Assembly (NCBI GenBank): GCA_964035545.1
Contig: OZ037768.1
Coordinates: 10,510,741-10,574,740 of the forward strand
Source of the DNA: Bugula neritina
Taxonomy: Eukaryota > Animalia > Bryozoa
Direction: 5' to 3'
DNA length: 64,000 bases
Shown here one piece after another: positions 27,491 to 39,800 of this stretch. The notes under the pieces were generated by a model. It saw only the letters and a list, made by a program, of their open reading frames with translations, searched no databases and was not told the origin of the DNA. Position 1 is the stretch's first letter; every line of letters begins with the position of its first letter. Position numbers and translations under genes: made by a program.

Positions 27491-30400
27491 TGCGAGCGCT
27501 CAATAGTTTGCAACTAAAACTGAGATCAATCGCTAAATCGGCTTCCAACCAACAGTTTATAAAAACGGTATTAAATAATAGTTTTAAAGCAACTACATAA
27601 AATCTTTCTGAAAAAATTGTTTGATTTGTCTTTTGAGTTACTAGTTAGAGTTAGTCTTACAGTTGAGTTACACTTTCACTTTGACTTACCGTTACTTAGG
27701 GCGTTACTCCTAGTCTTAGTCTTATTGTTAGTGTTAGACTTAGAGTTACTGTTTCTGTTAGCGTTACAGTTTGAGTTTCAATTGGAGTTTGAGTTACAAT
27801 TACTGTTATTGTCAACTCTAACATTAACTCATTTGACTTAGAGTTAGTGTTCGAGTTAAACTTAAAGTTAGTGTTGCTACTACTACTAGTACTAGTAGTA
27901 CTATAACTAAGTAAATTAGAAAATTGCTAAAAGTAGCACCGAGTTGGAATCACACTCATTGAGTGAATTGGACTTGGTAAAGGTTTGGGGGTCTCGAGTT
28001 TGAGGTTGGGGGTGTGAAATTCAAACAATGATCATGATAGTTATAAATAATATGATGTGTATAACTAATAGTAATACTATACAAATATTGTACTTAGTCA
28101 GTGCCACTACCCTAACTTGATGCTGATTCTAGCAACACTCAGTCTAGTTGGGTGCGGGTCATTTCGTACACAAGTCCTTTCATACTCACTTTAGTATAAC
28201 TGATAGTAACAATTAAATCTTTTTAACAGCTTATAATTATGGTTAATGTTGGAACTATTTATTTGTACATCTACTAAAAGCCTTGGTATTTTAACTCGCC
28301 ACAATTTCAAAGACTTGCAGCAGGTCTACCAAGGCTGTCAAGCCCGTGACTTGAGCATTTGACCTGAATCAAAAATTTTTAGGTACTCAGTTCGATGTAA
28401 CTTACACCCAGTTTAGTTTCTAGTGCATATTTACTCTTTTAAGTTATACATTTTTCAGCTTCTAGTGTACATATTTTTATGTTAGGGAAATCATTGAGTA
28501 TCAGTCTTGATTGTGATAGTTGAAAAACTTGTTGGAAAACCTTAAATGTTCAATTGAAATCATTTGTGAAATAGCTGGTTTCACAATTTAGTAGTGAAGC
28601 CAGGGTGTTGCAAGGTAGCTGTTTCATATCCTCATAACTTGTTTATTCATCATACAAATTGACAATAAATAAAATTTCTGTATATTGAGCTAACCATGTT
28701 TATATGCCCTATTCACTCACAAAAAATTCAAATATTTTTATGAACATTTTCTTTATATGTATAATACATTTTTCATACCAATATTTTCTTTTGTTATAAA
28801 TTAATGTTCTGAAAGTGATCATGTAAAGTCTCCACTACCATTCAACGTTTTTGTAAATGTGTGATATTATAGCACTTGTTATGCACTACTTGCAGTCTAT
28901 ATACTAAATTCTTGCGCAGTTTTATTTGAATTGCATGTATTTTCAGATCAGATCCTGCTCTACTGTCACATTACCAAGCTTGGACGACATACCTTCTGCT
29001 GTGTATGGTGGAAGACATACAGTTACCCTTATACCTGGTTAGCTTTTTGTAGCAATTTATGCTAAGAGTCTGCTATTTGTCATGTATCGATAAACTTTAT
29101 TTACAAACATAATTCTTGACACATTGAAAGAAAAGGAATTTCACGAGTTTCACTTGTACAGATCACTGATTGGTCCATTGCTGTGCATTTTTTCCTAATA
29201 AATTTGTAATTAGTTCAATGTAGATGAGTCAAACAGAAGGAGCGCATATCGGCCTTGTGCATTAGTTTTGCAACATTGATTGCGTTATTTAGTATTTTAT
29301 TGTAGGTGACGGCGTAGGCCCAGAACTAATCGGTTATGTCAAAGAAGCCATAAGATTTTCTGGTGCACCTGTTGACTTTGAGGAGATTGGTGTGAACAGA
29401 GAATCAACTACAGCTGAACTGGAGAATGCTTTGCTTGCTTTATCTCGCAATGGAGTCGGCCTCAAAGGTGCATTCGAAAGTTTAGGGATATTTGTTAATA
29501 TGACTAGCTATGCTAGATTTATGTTGATTGAAGTCTCCCTCTTTTTATTTTGTTAAAACTGTTACTGAAGTTATGGCAGTTTTTTCTTAAAACTGTCTAT
29601 AATCTTATAGTCAGGGAAATTTTAATGTAAAAATACAGGTTGCAGTGAGCAATTTTGCTTGCAATTGGAAGTAACCACTACTGCAGTGCGTTTCTGTCAG
29701 AAAGCCCAAATTTGAGTCAATGGAAAATACTATTGCAAACATGAACAACCTTTGTTGCTGGTTTAGTTTCACTCAAGTGTGTGTATAGCTGTAAACGTTA
29801 TGCAAATGTTTTTACGTTCAAAACTTCCAAGTTTGTTATTTAAAAAATATTTGTAGGGAATGTTGAAGCTGATCTAACAAGAAACACAGACAAGTCAAAG
29901 AACATAGCCATCAGGAAAGGTTTAGATTTGTTTGCCAATGTTGTGAGGTGTAAGAGTTTGCCCTCGTATAGAACTAGACATAGTAACATTGATCTAGTGG
30001 TAATTAGAGAGAACACCGAGGGAGAGTATAGTCAACTGGAACATGAAGTAAGTGTGTGTTTTTTGTCTTAGACTACTACAAACCACTTGGTGCGAATAAG
30101 ACATCGGGAGAAAATTTCGATTAAATTAATTTCCTTTAAAATATTTAATATGAGAAAAAATATTTTTAAGGTATTGAACAACTTTCAAAACCAAAATGTC
30201 TATAGAATTTAAAGCAATATTCGAAATATTTATTTCAGCTTGCAACTAAGACGCAGTTCATTGAAAGCTAATACATGGAAGATTGGCTTTGGAAATTAAT
30301 GCTCATTAATATATTAATATAGTTGTAGTTTTGATAGTTAACACATAGGCAAGTTTATGTGCTACTCATGCCATCAGTTTTCGTGTGAAAATAAATGTGA

Positions 30401-32909
30401 CTAAAAGTTTAATCTTGCTGGGTTGATAAATCTGCCAGAAAAATCTGATTATGGAAACCATGGCTTAGTAGTTATATCACAATTCATTTCTAGGTGCAAT
30501 GTATTCTTATTTTGCTCCCGTCTGCTTATAGGAACTGGCCTGTTTTGTTACTTAATAGCTTATTGTTACATGCTTTCAAAGTTTCTCAAATTTAAATTAT
30601 TTTTTCAGTGTGACCAACATTTATGGAAATGTATACAAATAATTTAAGAAAAATGGAGAGCAGTAATTTGACAGATATAGTATGCTGATCCATTGTTAAG
30701 GCACCAGAGTGATCCGTTCTTCTTTTCCATTCGCTGCAGGATTTGGAAAGGCAAGTAAATGGGACAGAGTGTAGTAGATTAGATTAAAACGTATCTTTCT
30801 TGTTACTCTTGTAGAATGTAGCAGGTGTGATAGAAAGCCTGAAAATCATCACCCGGTCTAATTCTGCTAGAATAGCAAAGTATGCATTTGATTATGCTAC
30901 TCGCAATCATAAAACTAAGGTGTGTGCAGTGCACAAGGCTAACATCATGTAAGTCATCATCTATCTCTCCACTATTATTAATAATTCTTTTGCTAAGTGT
31001 AAGTATGACAAGATATGGGAATATTAAAATCATTACATTGAATTTCAGGAAACAAAGTGATGGCCTCTTCCTAGAAGTTTGCACTGAGATGTCTAAGCTG
31101 TATCCCCATATTGAATTTAGTAATATGATTATAGATAACTGTGCAATGCAGGTATGTTTACCTGCTGCCTACAACATTCATTAATTGAAGTAAAATATTT
31201 TCTGTAGTTTTTCATATATAAATATCGTAAAGATCAAGTCACACGGAGAGGAAATGTTGGGCGTAAATAGTGAAATGTCAATGTCGTTTTGTTTTAATTG
31301 GGTAACTTATAGTTTACCCAATCAAATACTTTGAAAATACCTTTCTGTCCAATAAGTGCTCGAGGAACATTTTTATTGAGCAGTTCTCTCAATCCCAGAC
31401 GAAAGGCTGTTTGAGCTCAGCCATTTTTAAAAAATGGCTGACTTTCAATGTTTTGTCCAACATTTTTCTTCATGTGACCCGGCCTTAAGAGCTCACAAGA
31501 GTGCTCCGAATGGTTCTTGAAAAGTAACTTGTGAATTTTGCCCGCTTTTAGGACTGTTCACTTGTAACAACTTTTATTTGTAGTAAAATTTTCTCTCTAC
31601 TTTTCGTTGTCAATTTAATAATTGGTAAACTTACAAGCTACTTATGAATTTGCATTGTGACTATGATTATTATATGACATCGAAACTTCACAACACAATC
31701 ATTTAACTTCCATGCTACAAACAAAGATAGCATTACATTATAATACTTCATTCATTAGCTTAGCAGTGACCACTGCTGAGCCTACCTGTCTTCAAACCAT
31801 TGAAACAGAAATTTTAGGCCATGGGTATTGACTGTTTATTGTTATGATGGCTGTTTAGTGTCATGGGAAGCTATTGATCACTTTGTAGAGTATAGAACTG
31901 AATGTGTAGCTACAATATTATGTGTACATGTAGATGGTGTCCAATCCTCAACAGTTTGAAGTAATGGTGATGCCCAACCTGTATGGTAATATAATAGCCA
32001 ATATAGGTACTGGCTTAGTAGGTGGTCCAGGTGCCACAGCAGGTGCTAACATTGGCACAAGATGTGCTGTGTTTGAACAGGGAACTAGAAACTCTGGTCG
32101 CTCCTTAGTTGGAATGAATGTAGCCAATCCCTCTGCCATGCTACTAGCTAGCGCTGATATGCTAAACCACATAGGGTAGGTTATGTTTATATGTAGATAA
32201 TGCTATTAATACTTACAAAGTAACAGACAATTTTTAATGGCCAGGTAAAAGTAATTATTTTTAATTGTGGCACATTTAAATGATTTTTAATGACTCATTG
32301 TATTTTAGTTTCAGCATAGAAACCTTATAAAGTCCGTAGGAACCTAATTTAAAACAACTTGTAACTGTAAATTTATAACTGTTAGAAGTTTTCTATCATT
32401 GTTTTGTTTATGTTGTCTTTAGTATACCATCAACATAAGACTAGTAAAATAAGAAATTGTATATAAATAACTAAATGCTTTTTTGCAAATTACATATATA
32501 TATGAAAAAAGCCCACATTCCCAATATATTGTTATTATAATAAATTATATTATCATCACAATATTGTTTATGATGTAGATTGCATTCTTATGGCACAACT
32601 CTTCATGATTCTATATATGAAGTTCTCGCCAACCCAGAGGTATTTAAAATAAAATATTTTGTTTAAACTACAATGGGGAAAAAGGAGTAATTTGAAATTG
32701 AAGTTCTCATTTTAGTCAATTTCTGGTGCTTTATAAGCAATCAACATTATGCCTTTATTTTAATATCTGTAAAAATATATTTGTCACAGCTACGTACACC
32801 AGATTTGGGTGGAGATGCAACAACCCTAGAAGTGGTTCAAGAAATATTTACCAAGATTAAAGCCAAGACCAAGTTTAATATGGAGCAGGGTGTTCAAACA
32901 GAAAGCTAA
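27484..32909 (+). CDS. IDH3G: Mitochondrial NAD-dependent isocitrate dehydrogenase subunit gamma, 9 coding exons
   Basis: Exon 1 (27484-27567) resembles a mitochondrial presequence. Then [91 protein letters not shown]; TAA at 32907-32909; AATAAA near 33172. YGGRHTVT and LYGNI (not LYGDI) favour gamma over alpha. An in-frame ATG at 27478 is an alternative start. Confidence 0.9.
27635..27905. repeat. Cryptic hexamer-periodic tract (NNNTTA-like) in IDH3G intron 1
   Basis: GTCTTA GTCTTA TTGTTA GTGTTA GACTTA GAGTTA CTGTTT CTGTTA GCGTTA CAGTTT GAGTTT...; produces the spurious xLxLxL ORF at 27617-27841. Confidence 0.8.
31231..31485. mobile_element. Tourist/Harbinger-like MITE in IDH3G intron 6
   Basis: TAA on both flanks (31228-30, 31486-88). 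Degenerate TIRs AGATCAAGTCACACGGAGAGGAAATGTTGG vs reverse-complement end AGGCCGGGTCACATGAAGAAAAATGTTGG. Internal palindrome TCAGCCATTTTTAAAAAATGGCTGA. Confidence 0.65.
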
Positions 32910-33808
32910 TCTCAGTGTAAATGAAACACCAGTGTAATAAGATACTGCAGGAGTGCATGTCCATATTATAAACAACTATATTATTATAGTAAGAGTTGTT
33001 TCACTGGTTCTTTAATACTTAGTGACAGCAACTATGTGGCATTTTATCTAGTCTTGTTTGGACACTTGGCTGCCATCATTTAATATTTATTGCCTTTTGT
33101 GATATAGTTATTTTGTTGTTTGCCTACTTCAAGCGATGCTATTGTACTTTACAAATGTTTTTGTTGTGGTGAATAAAATTTGAAACACCAGAATTAGCCA
33201 CATGTTTCAATCAATCAAATAAGGCTAAAAAAATTATTGGGAGGGGGGAGGAGGATAGTAATCAGTTATTGATGACCAATAATAGACCGTAAACTGAAGC
33301 CATTGAACCAAAAACTTACAAGCTGACAAATAAATATTTGAAGGTGGGCTTGAGTGTTTTCTTGCTAACTACTTGACTTGGTATGTCTAACAATTCACAC
33401 ACACTAATCAATAATGAGAAGAATAAATAATTTTATTACTCAACACCAGAAACAAAAAATGTTTCAACATAAAATTAAATAATTTGAAACAATCTTCTAA
33501 ATAAGCAGACATTATTTACAATTCAAAACATATATCAAGAATAACAGTAATTGAGACGGAGTGTCTGTCGGCGAGTGGACGGAATACAGTAGGGATTTCT
33601 AATCGCTTGTTTTGCATGATTTCAATGTTGTGTAGAAAATATTGAATTTGCCAGAAAAGAGCAACAGGCATAATCAACCCAAAAATATGGTAGTTGAAAT
33701 CTAAGGTAAATCATAGTTTGATAATACCACATTTGAAATTCTCAATGATAGACAATTTCTAAGTCATGATTATTGATATAATTCTCAGAAACGATGGAGT
33801 AGATAAAT

Positions 33809-36800
33809 TTACTGCCTTGAGAGAGCTTGTGTGCTGATTGAGTGAGATTTAAACTTCATCAAGTCTTCCGTGGATTTAATTTGATCCTTTTGAGATCTGA
33901 AATGTAATAAAAATTAAAATAAAGTCCATAGATTTACTTACATTTAGTCGGCTTGAAAATCAAGTGCAGAATTGTTTGTCAGATGTTACTGAATGAATAA
34001 ACTACTTGCTCACATAGTCACCGCATCAGAAAAAGCTGGTGCCTGGGCAGCAATGTGCACAGACATACTATTGGCTTCTGCGTGCTGGATAGTCTGCTGC
34101 ATTGCAGAATGCTGGTGACTCATAGCTGGTGGCATAACAAACATTGGCATCCGAGCATGCTGCTGTAACAACACCTGCAATAAAATGCACATCCTTCAGA
34201 ATATATTTAGAGCACAGTTATTGAGCTTTATGCGTACAGTTATCAAAATATGCATAAAAGGAAACGCTTACTCCATAGTTAATTGTCATAAAACTAAAAT
34301 AGCAATTCAATATACCGGAGGAGGTTGTGATGAAGAAATTCCTTGTCTGAATAGAGGAGTCTGAATAATTGGAGGCATCTGTCTAACAATGATGGGTTGT
34401 GTCGGCATCCATGCACATTGATTTGGAACAGCATTCATAAAAATAGGACCACCCTGGGGGTGTGTGGGTGCAGCAGGAGTAATAAGAAGCTGCGAATTTC
34501 CACTATCAATGTTGGTATACCCAAGAGGAGGTGCTTGCAGCTGTGGAGGGCCCTGTATTATGTTGCTTGGGTGACAAGGAGTATTCAAATGAAAAGGTCC
34601 TTTTGGTGGTAAACTGGGCACTGGCTGCATGGTCTTTAGTGAGTTCTGGATGACTGAATGTTCAAAATCCTGAACAGATTTTTGACCCTGTCAATAAACA
34701 ACAGATATTTTCTAGTGATAATGTAAATCAATTTTTTGTTCACAAAAACAAGGACAATATAGACAAGTCTAAACACCATTTCTCCATTTAGGAAATTTCC
34801 AAAGACTTACACAAATTTCATAAAAAGCAACTTACATCTAAAGACTTTTTCCAGAGGATCACATCACAAGAAGCGCAAGGAGCAAAAGTTGAGCAGAACT
34901 GTTCTTCAATGGCCTCATCTCGTCCAAAAGCGTTGTTTTTGAGCAGCTGATCCGTCATGATTAGCTGCTCACATGATGGTGCGTCTGAGGAAAAGATGAA
35001 TGGCTCAGCTAATGGATTCATTGTTGTGTCAGTCTTGCATGACAACAGCTCAGCGCCACCTCCAACTTTTATTTCAGCATCTTCAACACTTGGAACAAGT
35101 AAATACATCATGCTATTTTGATATTTAAACATTTGATGCAATCATAGTTAAAAGGCACAACACTGTGTTTTATAGGTTACAGTGTAAAAGAAAAAGAGAT
35201 GTAAAAGAAAAAGAGATGGCTACATTTTTAATAATGAGTAAGAAAAGTGTATTGTAAACATATAAAATACAAAGCATAAAAATATCTTTGTAAAAATATA
35301 CTTAATGTAGTAATTATTAAGAAAAATATTCCAGAAGCCTAAATCCTTATATTTATTTTGATGTTGATGACAAGATTTATTTATCAATCATTATTTTTTG
35401 TACACGCTGTATGTGTTCTTATAATTAGTCTTCAACATCCTTATGCTAAGCAAGAATTTCATTGATAGTAGATTAAAAGAAAACTTTTCAAATTGCATCA
35501 CATTGTAATCAATAATTTATCAAATAAAGCAAACTTACTTGGACTGATTGTAATCCTCGGTAGATCTGTTACCATAGCATTCTACAAGTTCCCGTTCATC
35601 AAAAATATTATTCTGTTCCGAGCCTGTACTACCCAGCTCTGTAAAATGAGACATAAACTTGCAAACAAACTGCACAATTTAAAATTAAATTTAAACATAG
35701 CAGACAAATTAAAACTTGGTAAATTACGTTCAACAAACAGAAGGTCCAAACTAAAACATTTTAGTTTATTTACCTAATATAAAATATAACATCAAAAAGG
35801 ATTTTCATTTCAAATGAAAAGCTTGCAAATCTCAAAAAATTATCTGAAATTGGTTAGTTCTAATAACTCAGACTGTATAAGTTAAAAATAACATTTTGTA
35901 GTTTCGTGCAATCTGTTTTCAAATTATTCTTGTTGAACATAACTTTTGCACGCAATCTCTAGGCGCAGCTAGCAATAATTTTTTATTGCGTAAACCTGCT
36001 TGAAAAGACAGACAGAATTGTTTCTACTTTTGTTTTATATAATCCGAGTAATCACATACCTTCAGTGCAGGTTCTTGAACAAGTTCTAAGTGATTGATAG
36101 GAAAAGCTACTAGCCTAAAATGCAAAAATCACATCTTTGAAGTATTTAATTTATAAATCTACCAATAATCACCAAAATGGTAATGTGGGTAACGCCAATT
36201 GATGCAATACAGGACAACTTTCACAATTGAAAGTTTTTGCACATTAAAGTTCTGCAAATATGTAAGGTTATTTTGTTATAAAAATTAAAACAAAAAATTT
36301 AACAATTTCATCAAACATTTTTAGTCGTGCTGAGCCAACTATTAATTTAATTTAGATTATTTTACATTATACTTTTCTGTGACTATTGTTTTTCAATTTA
36401 CAATGATGCTAGGGGCAAATTAATTATTGATTAAAGCAAAAATGGGAAAATGTTGGGGGAAGTAGAATGGTCGACAGAATAATTAGAGTTTATCTGCAGA
36501 TATTAGTATTAGTTAATGTAGTAATCATTTGGTATATAAACAGTTGCACTGCAAAAAAATAAATAGTGACAAACAGTTAATTGCAGCTGTTGGTTTTTTG
36601 CATCACCAATTAGTAATTTTCTCAAACAAGAACATTCTTACAAGTGGATGCTGTACCTCTGTTGGTGAAACTTCACTCTTTAGGTCTAGTATCTCGGCAG
36701 AACACAATAATGAAGATGTTGACGAGCATTTCTCCAGCAGCGTACCTAGCACCTCATTTCCCCCATCTATTTCCAACATTTGTAAGTCGGCCATGCTGTA

Positions 36801-39800
36801 TTCTTTTCCATCAGTCGACTTACACAAACTAGTTGACTTTACTTTTTTAGATTTCTGTTTTTTCCATAACTTTTGCAGAGATTCGTTACTAAAGCTACCA
36901 CACACAATAGAAAAGTGTGTCAACTTGACATAGTAATAGATACAAGCATTATAATAGGAAATTCATGAGTAATTTAAAAAAAACTTGAACAAGAGGTACT
37001 TACAGTCCATGTAGTTGCTTTGGTAGATCTACATCATTCAACAAAATATTCGGAGAATTGAGTATTTTATCAGATTCATTTTCACCATACTGATCATATA
37101 ACCAGTCTTGTGGCTTTGGAGCTGAATTACATAGCATTATGAACTTTCAAAACATTTTAAACATATAGTATTTGCCATAGACAAGATATTGTATGGTGAC
37201 AAAAATGCTAAGATCTTACCACGGGAATGATAAGGTTATAAAATTGAAATACAAAAAGTAGGATGGTCATGTGTAGCTAAAGAATAGAGGGGTTTCAGAC
37301 ATCCCTCCAGAGGAATTTGTATTTTAAAGTTGTCTCCCCCTACAGGTATTAGGGGCAGTCTCAATGATATATAGAAGGCCCATAAAATAAGTAGAGATGT
37401 ATGGTTTGAGTGAAGACTACTACTAGTATAAGTTTCTTTTTTTCTGAGCTTAATATTTTGGCATAGGTACACATATGAGCAGTTTCAGAAATTTTTTAAA
37501 AAATTTTGTTAATGATAAATGGCACAAAAAGAAAACTTCAAAGCATATTTGTGGTTTTGGTTATTGAGCAAATCTGAAGCTGGCAGCTGTCATTATTATT
37601 TGCTTTGCTGACTGTAACCAGTCTGGTTAGAGCTGCTAACCTTTCAACTCTTAGAACAATAATAACATGCTCGTACACTATATAGCTGCACTAGTGGGCT
37701 CTGTCTTACTGAACTCCAAATGCTCCAAATTATGGGTTGGAACACATGCCTGTACGTTTATGAAGGCACTGGCTCATTTGTATTAACATGTTCACGTACT
37801 TACACACCTATACTATGAAAATAACTAAGCCACCCTACTATCTAATATTTCTATATATCAAAAAAACTATTATAAATATAAAGATATGTATTAAAATAGA
37901 TAGATTAAGTTTGTAATTTCAAACAACATCTTATCTAAAAATGCTAAACACTGTATAACTATATATATTTTTTAAAAGCATTTGTTTACATGGCATGCCT
38001 GCAAGTCAATGAAAATATTTAGAGAACAGTAAAAAGAAGCATATAAATTTCAGAATAGTTTCTTCTTTTCTGAGATAAATATTTTGGAAATGTTCCACAA
38101 TTCAACATTTAAATTAAGTCTGTAAAAGAATTTTTCACAGTGTATTTTCAAAGAATAATTATTCTTGCAAGCTGGTTTGTGCTTGTTCTGGCATGCCATT
38201 TTACAGTGGTCTAGTTAACTAGGTCAAAGTTCATTGAGGTGGAATTGTTTTATTAACCTCCTTGTGTTGATAAAATACTATCATTGGATTTAGAGCTTCT
38301 CTAAGCAACTTCGCAGTCTGATTAAATATCTGCGATACCTGCCTATTAGACAATCCAAACCTAAAAGATAATAATATACTAAATCTTTGTATTACATGTA
38401 TGGATGAAAAATAATGCAACAAATTGGCTAAAGCATGTTCAAGTAATGTGAAAAACTCAAAATATAAATGAGTCAAACTAGAGCTAGTCAAGTGTGTAGT
38501 GTTTTTGGCCGATTTATATGTGTTGTTTAATCAGCTTATTATGTAGTGATGTAATCCTATATAATGTAATTTAAGTTAGACAGCTAAAGTTGGACAGTTC
38601 TCATCGTGCACTTTCTTGAATAAGCAGTTATGTAATATAGAGAGACAGCTACTCAACAGAGAGCTTCAAGCAAACAAAATTCTTGCAACGAGGTTGATTG
38701 AATACAAAACAGCTGCTGTTATTCTTATAGCAGCATGCATTGTATAAGAGATAGCCTGATGGTTCACATAGTTTACATACAGTGACATACCACTGAAAAT
38801 TATTAGAAACCACAGAAAAGATATAAAGGAGAGAATGCTGGCACAAAGGAAGTATAGCAATGCGGTCAAATATATGGCTGAAAACTGACCTAGAGATAAG
38901 TAAGTACAAAATGTACATATTATAGCTAAATCAGTAAAGCCAAATGATTTGATATAAAAAGTATTATCTGGGAATTTAGTGAAACTTAGTAGCATTATTT
39001 AGAACTCCACCTTTGAGCAAGATCCGTATGGAGTAAAGCCAATCTTAATTTCATTAGTGTCATAAGAATGCAGTCATTATGACATAGTTCGTTCTTTCTA
39101 TACTTTACAGCTGGTACTAAATGTACATTTCAACTTTTTTTTTGAAAACAAAATAAGTTGCTTTGGCTGAAAAGTGCTTTTTTTTGATGATTTTTTTTCT
39201 GCAATGCAGCAGTATACAATTTACAATGCTCCAAAAACATTTTTTTATTAGGAATGTTGGTATACAAACAGCTTGCAAGAATAGTTATTTATTGAAAATA
39301 CACTGTGAAATTTTTTTTTACAGACTTAATTTAAATGTCGAATGGTGGGACATTTCCAAAATATTCATCTCAGAAAAGAAGAAACTATTCTGAAATTTAT
39401 ATGCTTCTTTTTACTGTTCTCTAAATATTTTCATTGACTTGCAGGCATGCCATGTAAACAAATGCTTTTAAAAAATATATATAGTTATACAGTGTTTGGC
39501 ATTTTTAGATAAGATGTTGTTTGAAATTACAAACTTAATCTATCTATTTTAATACATATCTTTATATTTATAATAGTTTTTTTGATATATAGAAATATTA
39601 GATAGTAGGGTGGCTTAGTTATTTTCATAGTATAGGTGTGTAAGTACGTGAACATGTTAATACAAATGAGCCAGTGCCTTCATAAACGTACAGGCATGTG
39701 TTCCAACCCATAATTTGGAGCATTTGGAGTTCAGTAAGACAGAGCCCACTAGTGCAGCTATAAACACCGGCTTTCCATGTACCGATCTCAGATCGATCTC

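Noticed and set aside
27617-27841. Leu-rich 74-aa ORF
   Set aside because: By-product of the hexamer-periodic tract inside IDH3G intron 1.
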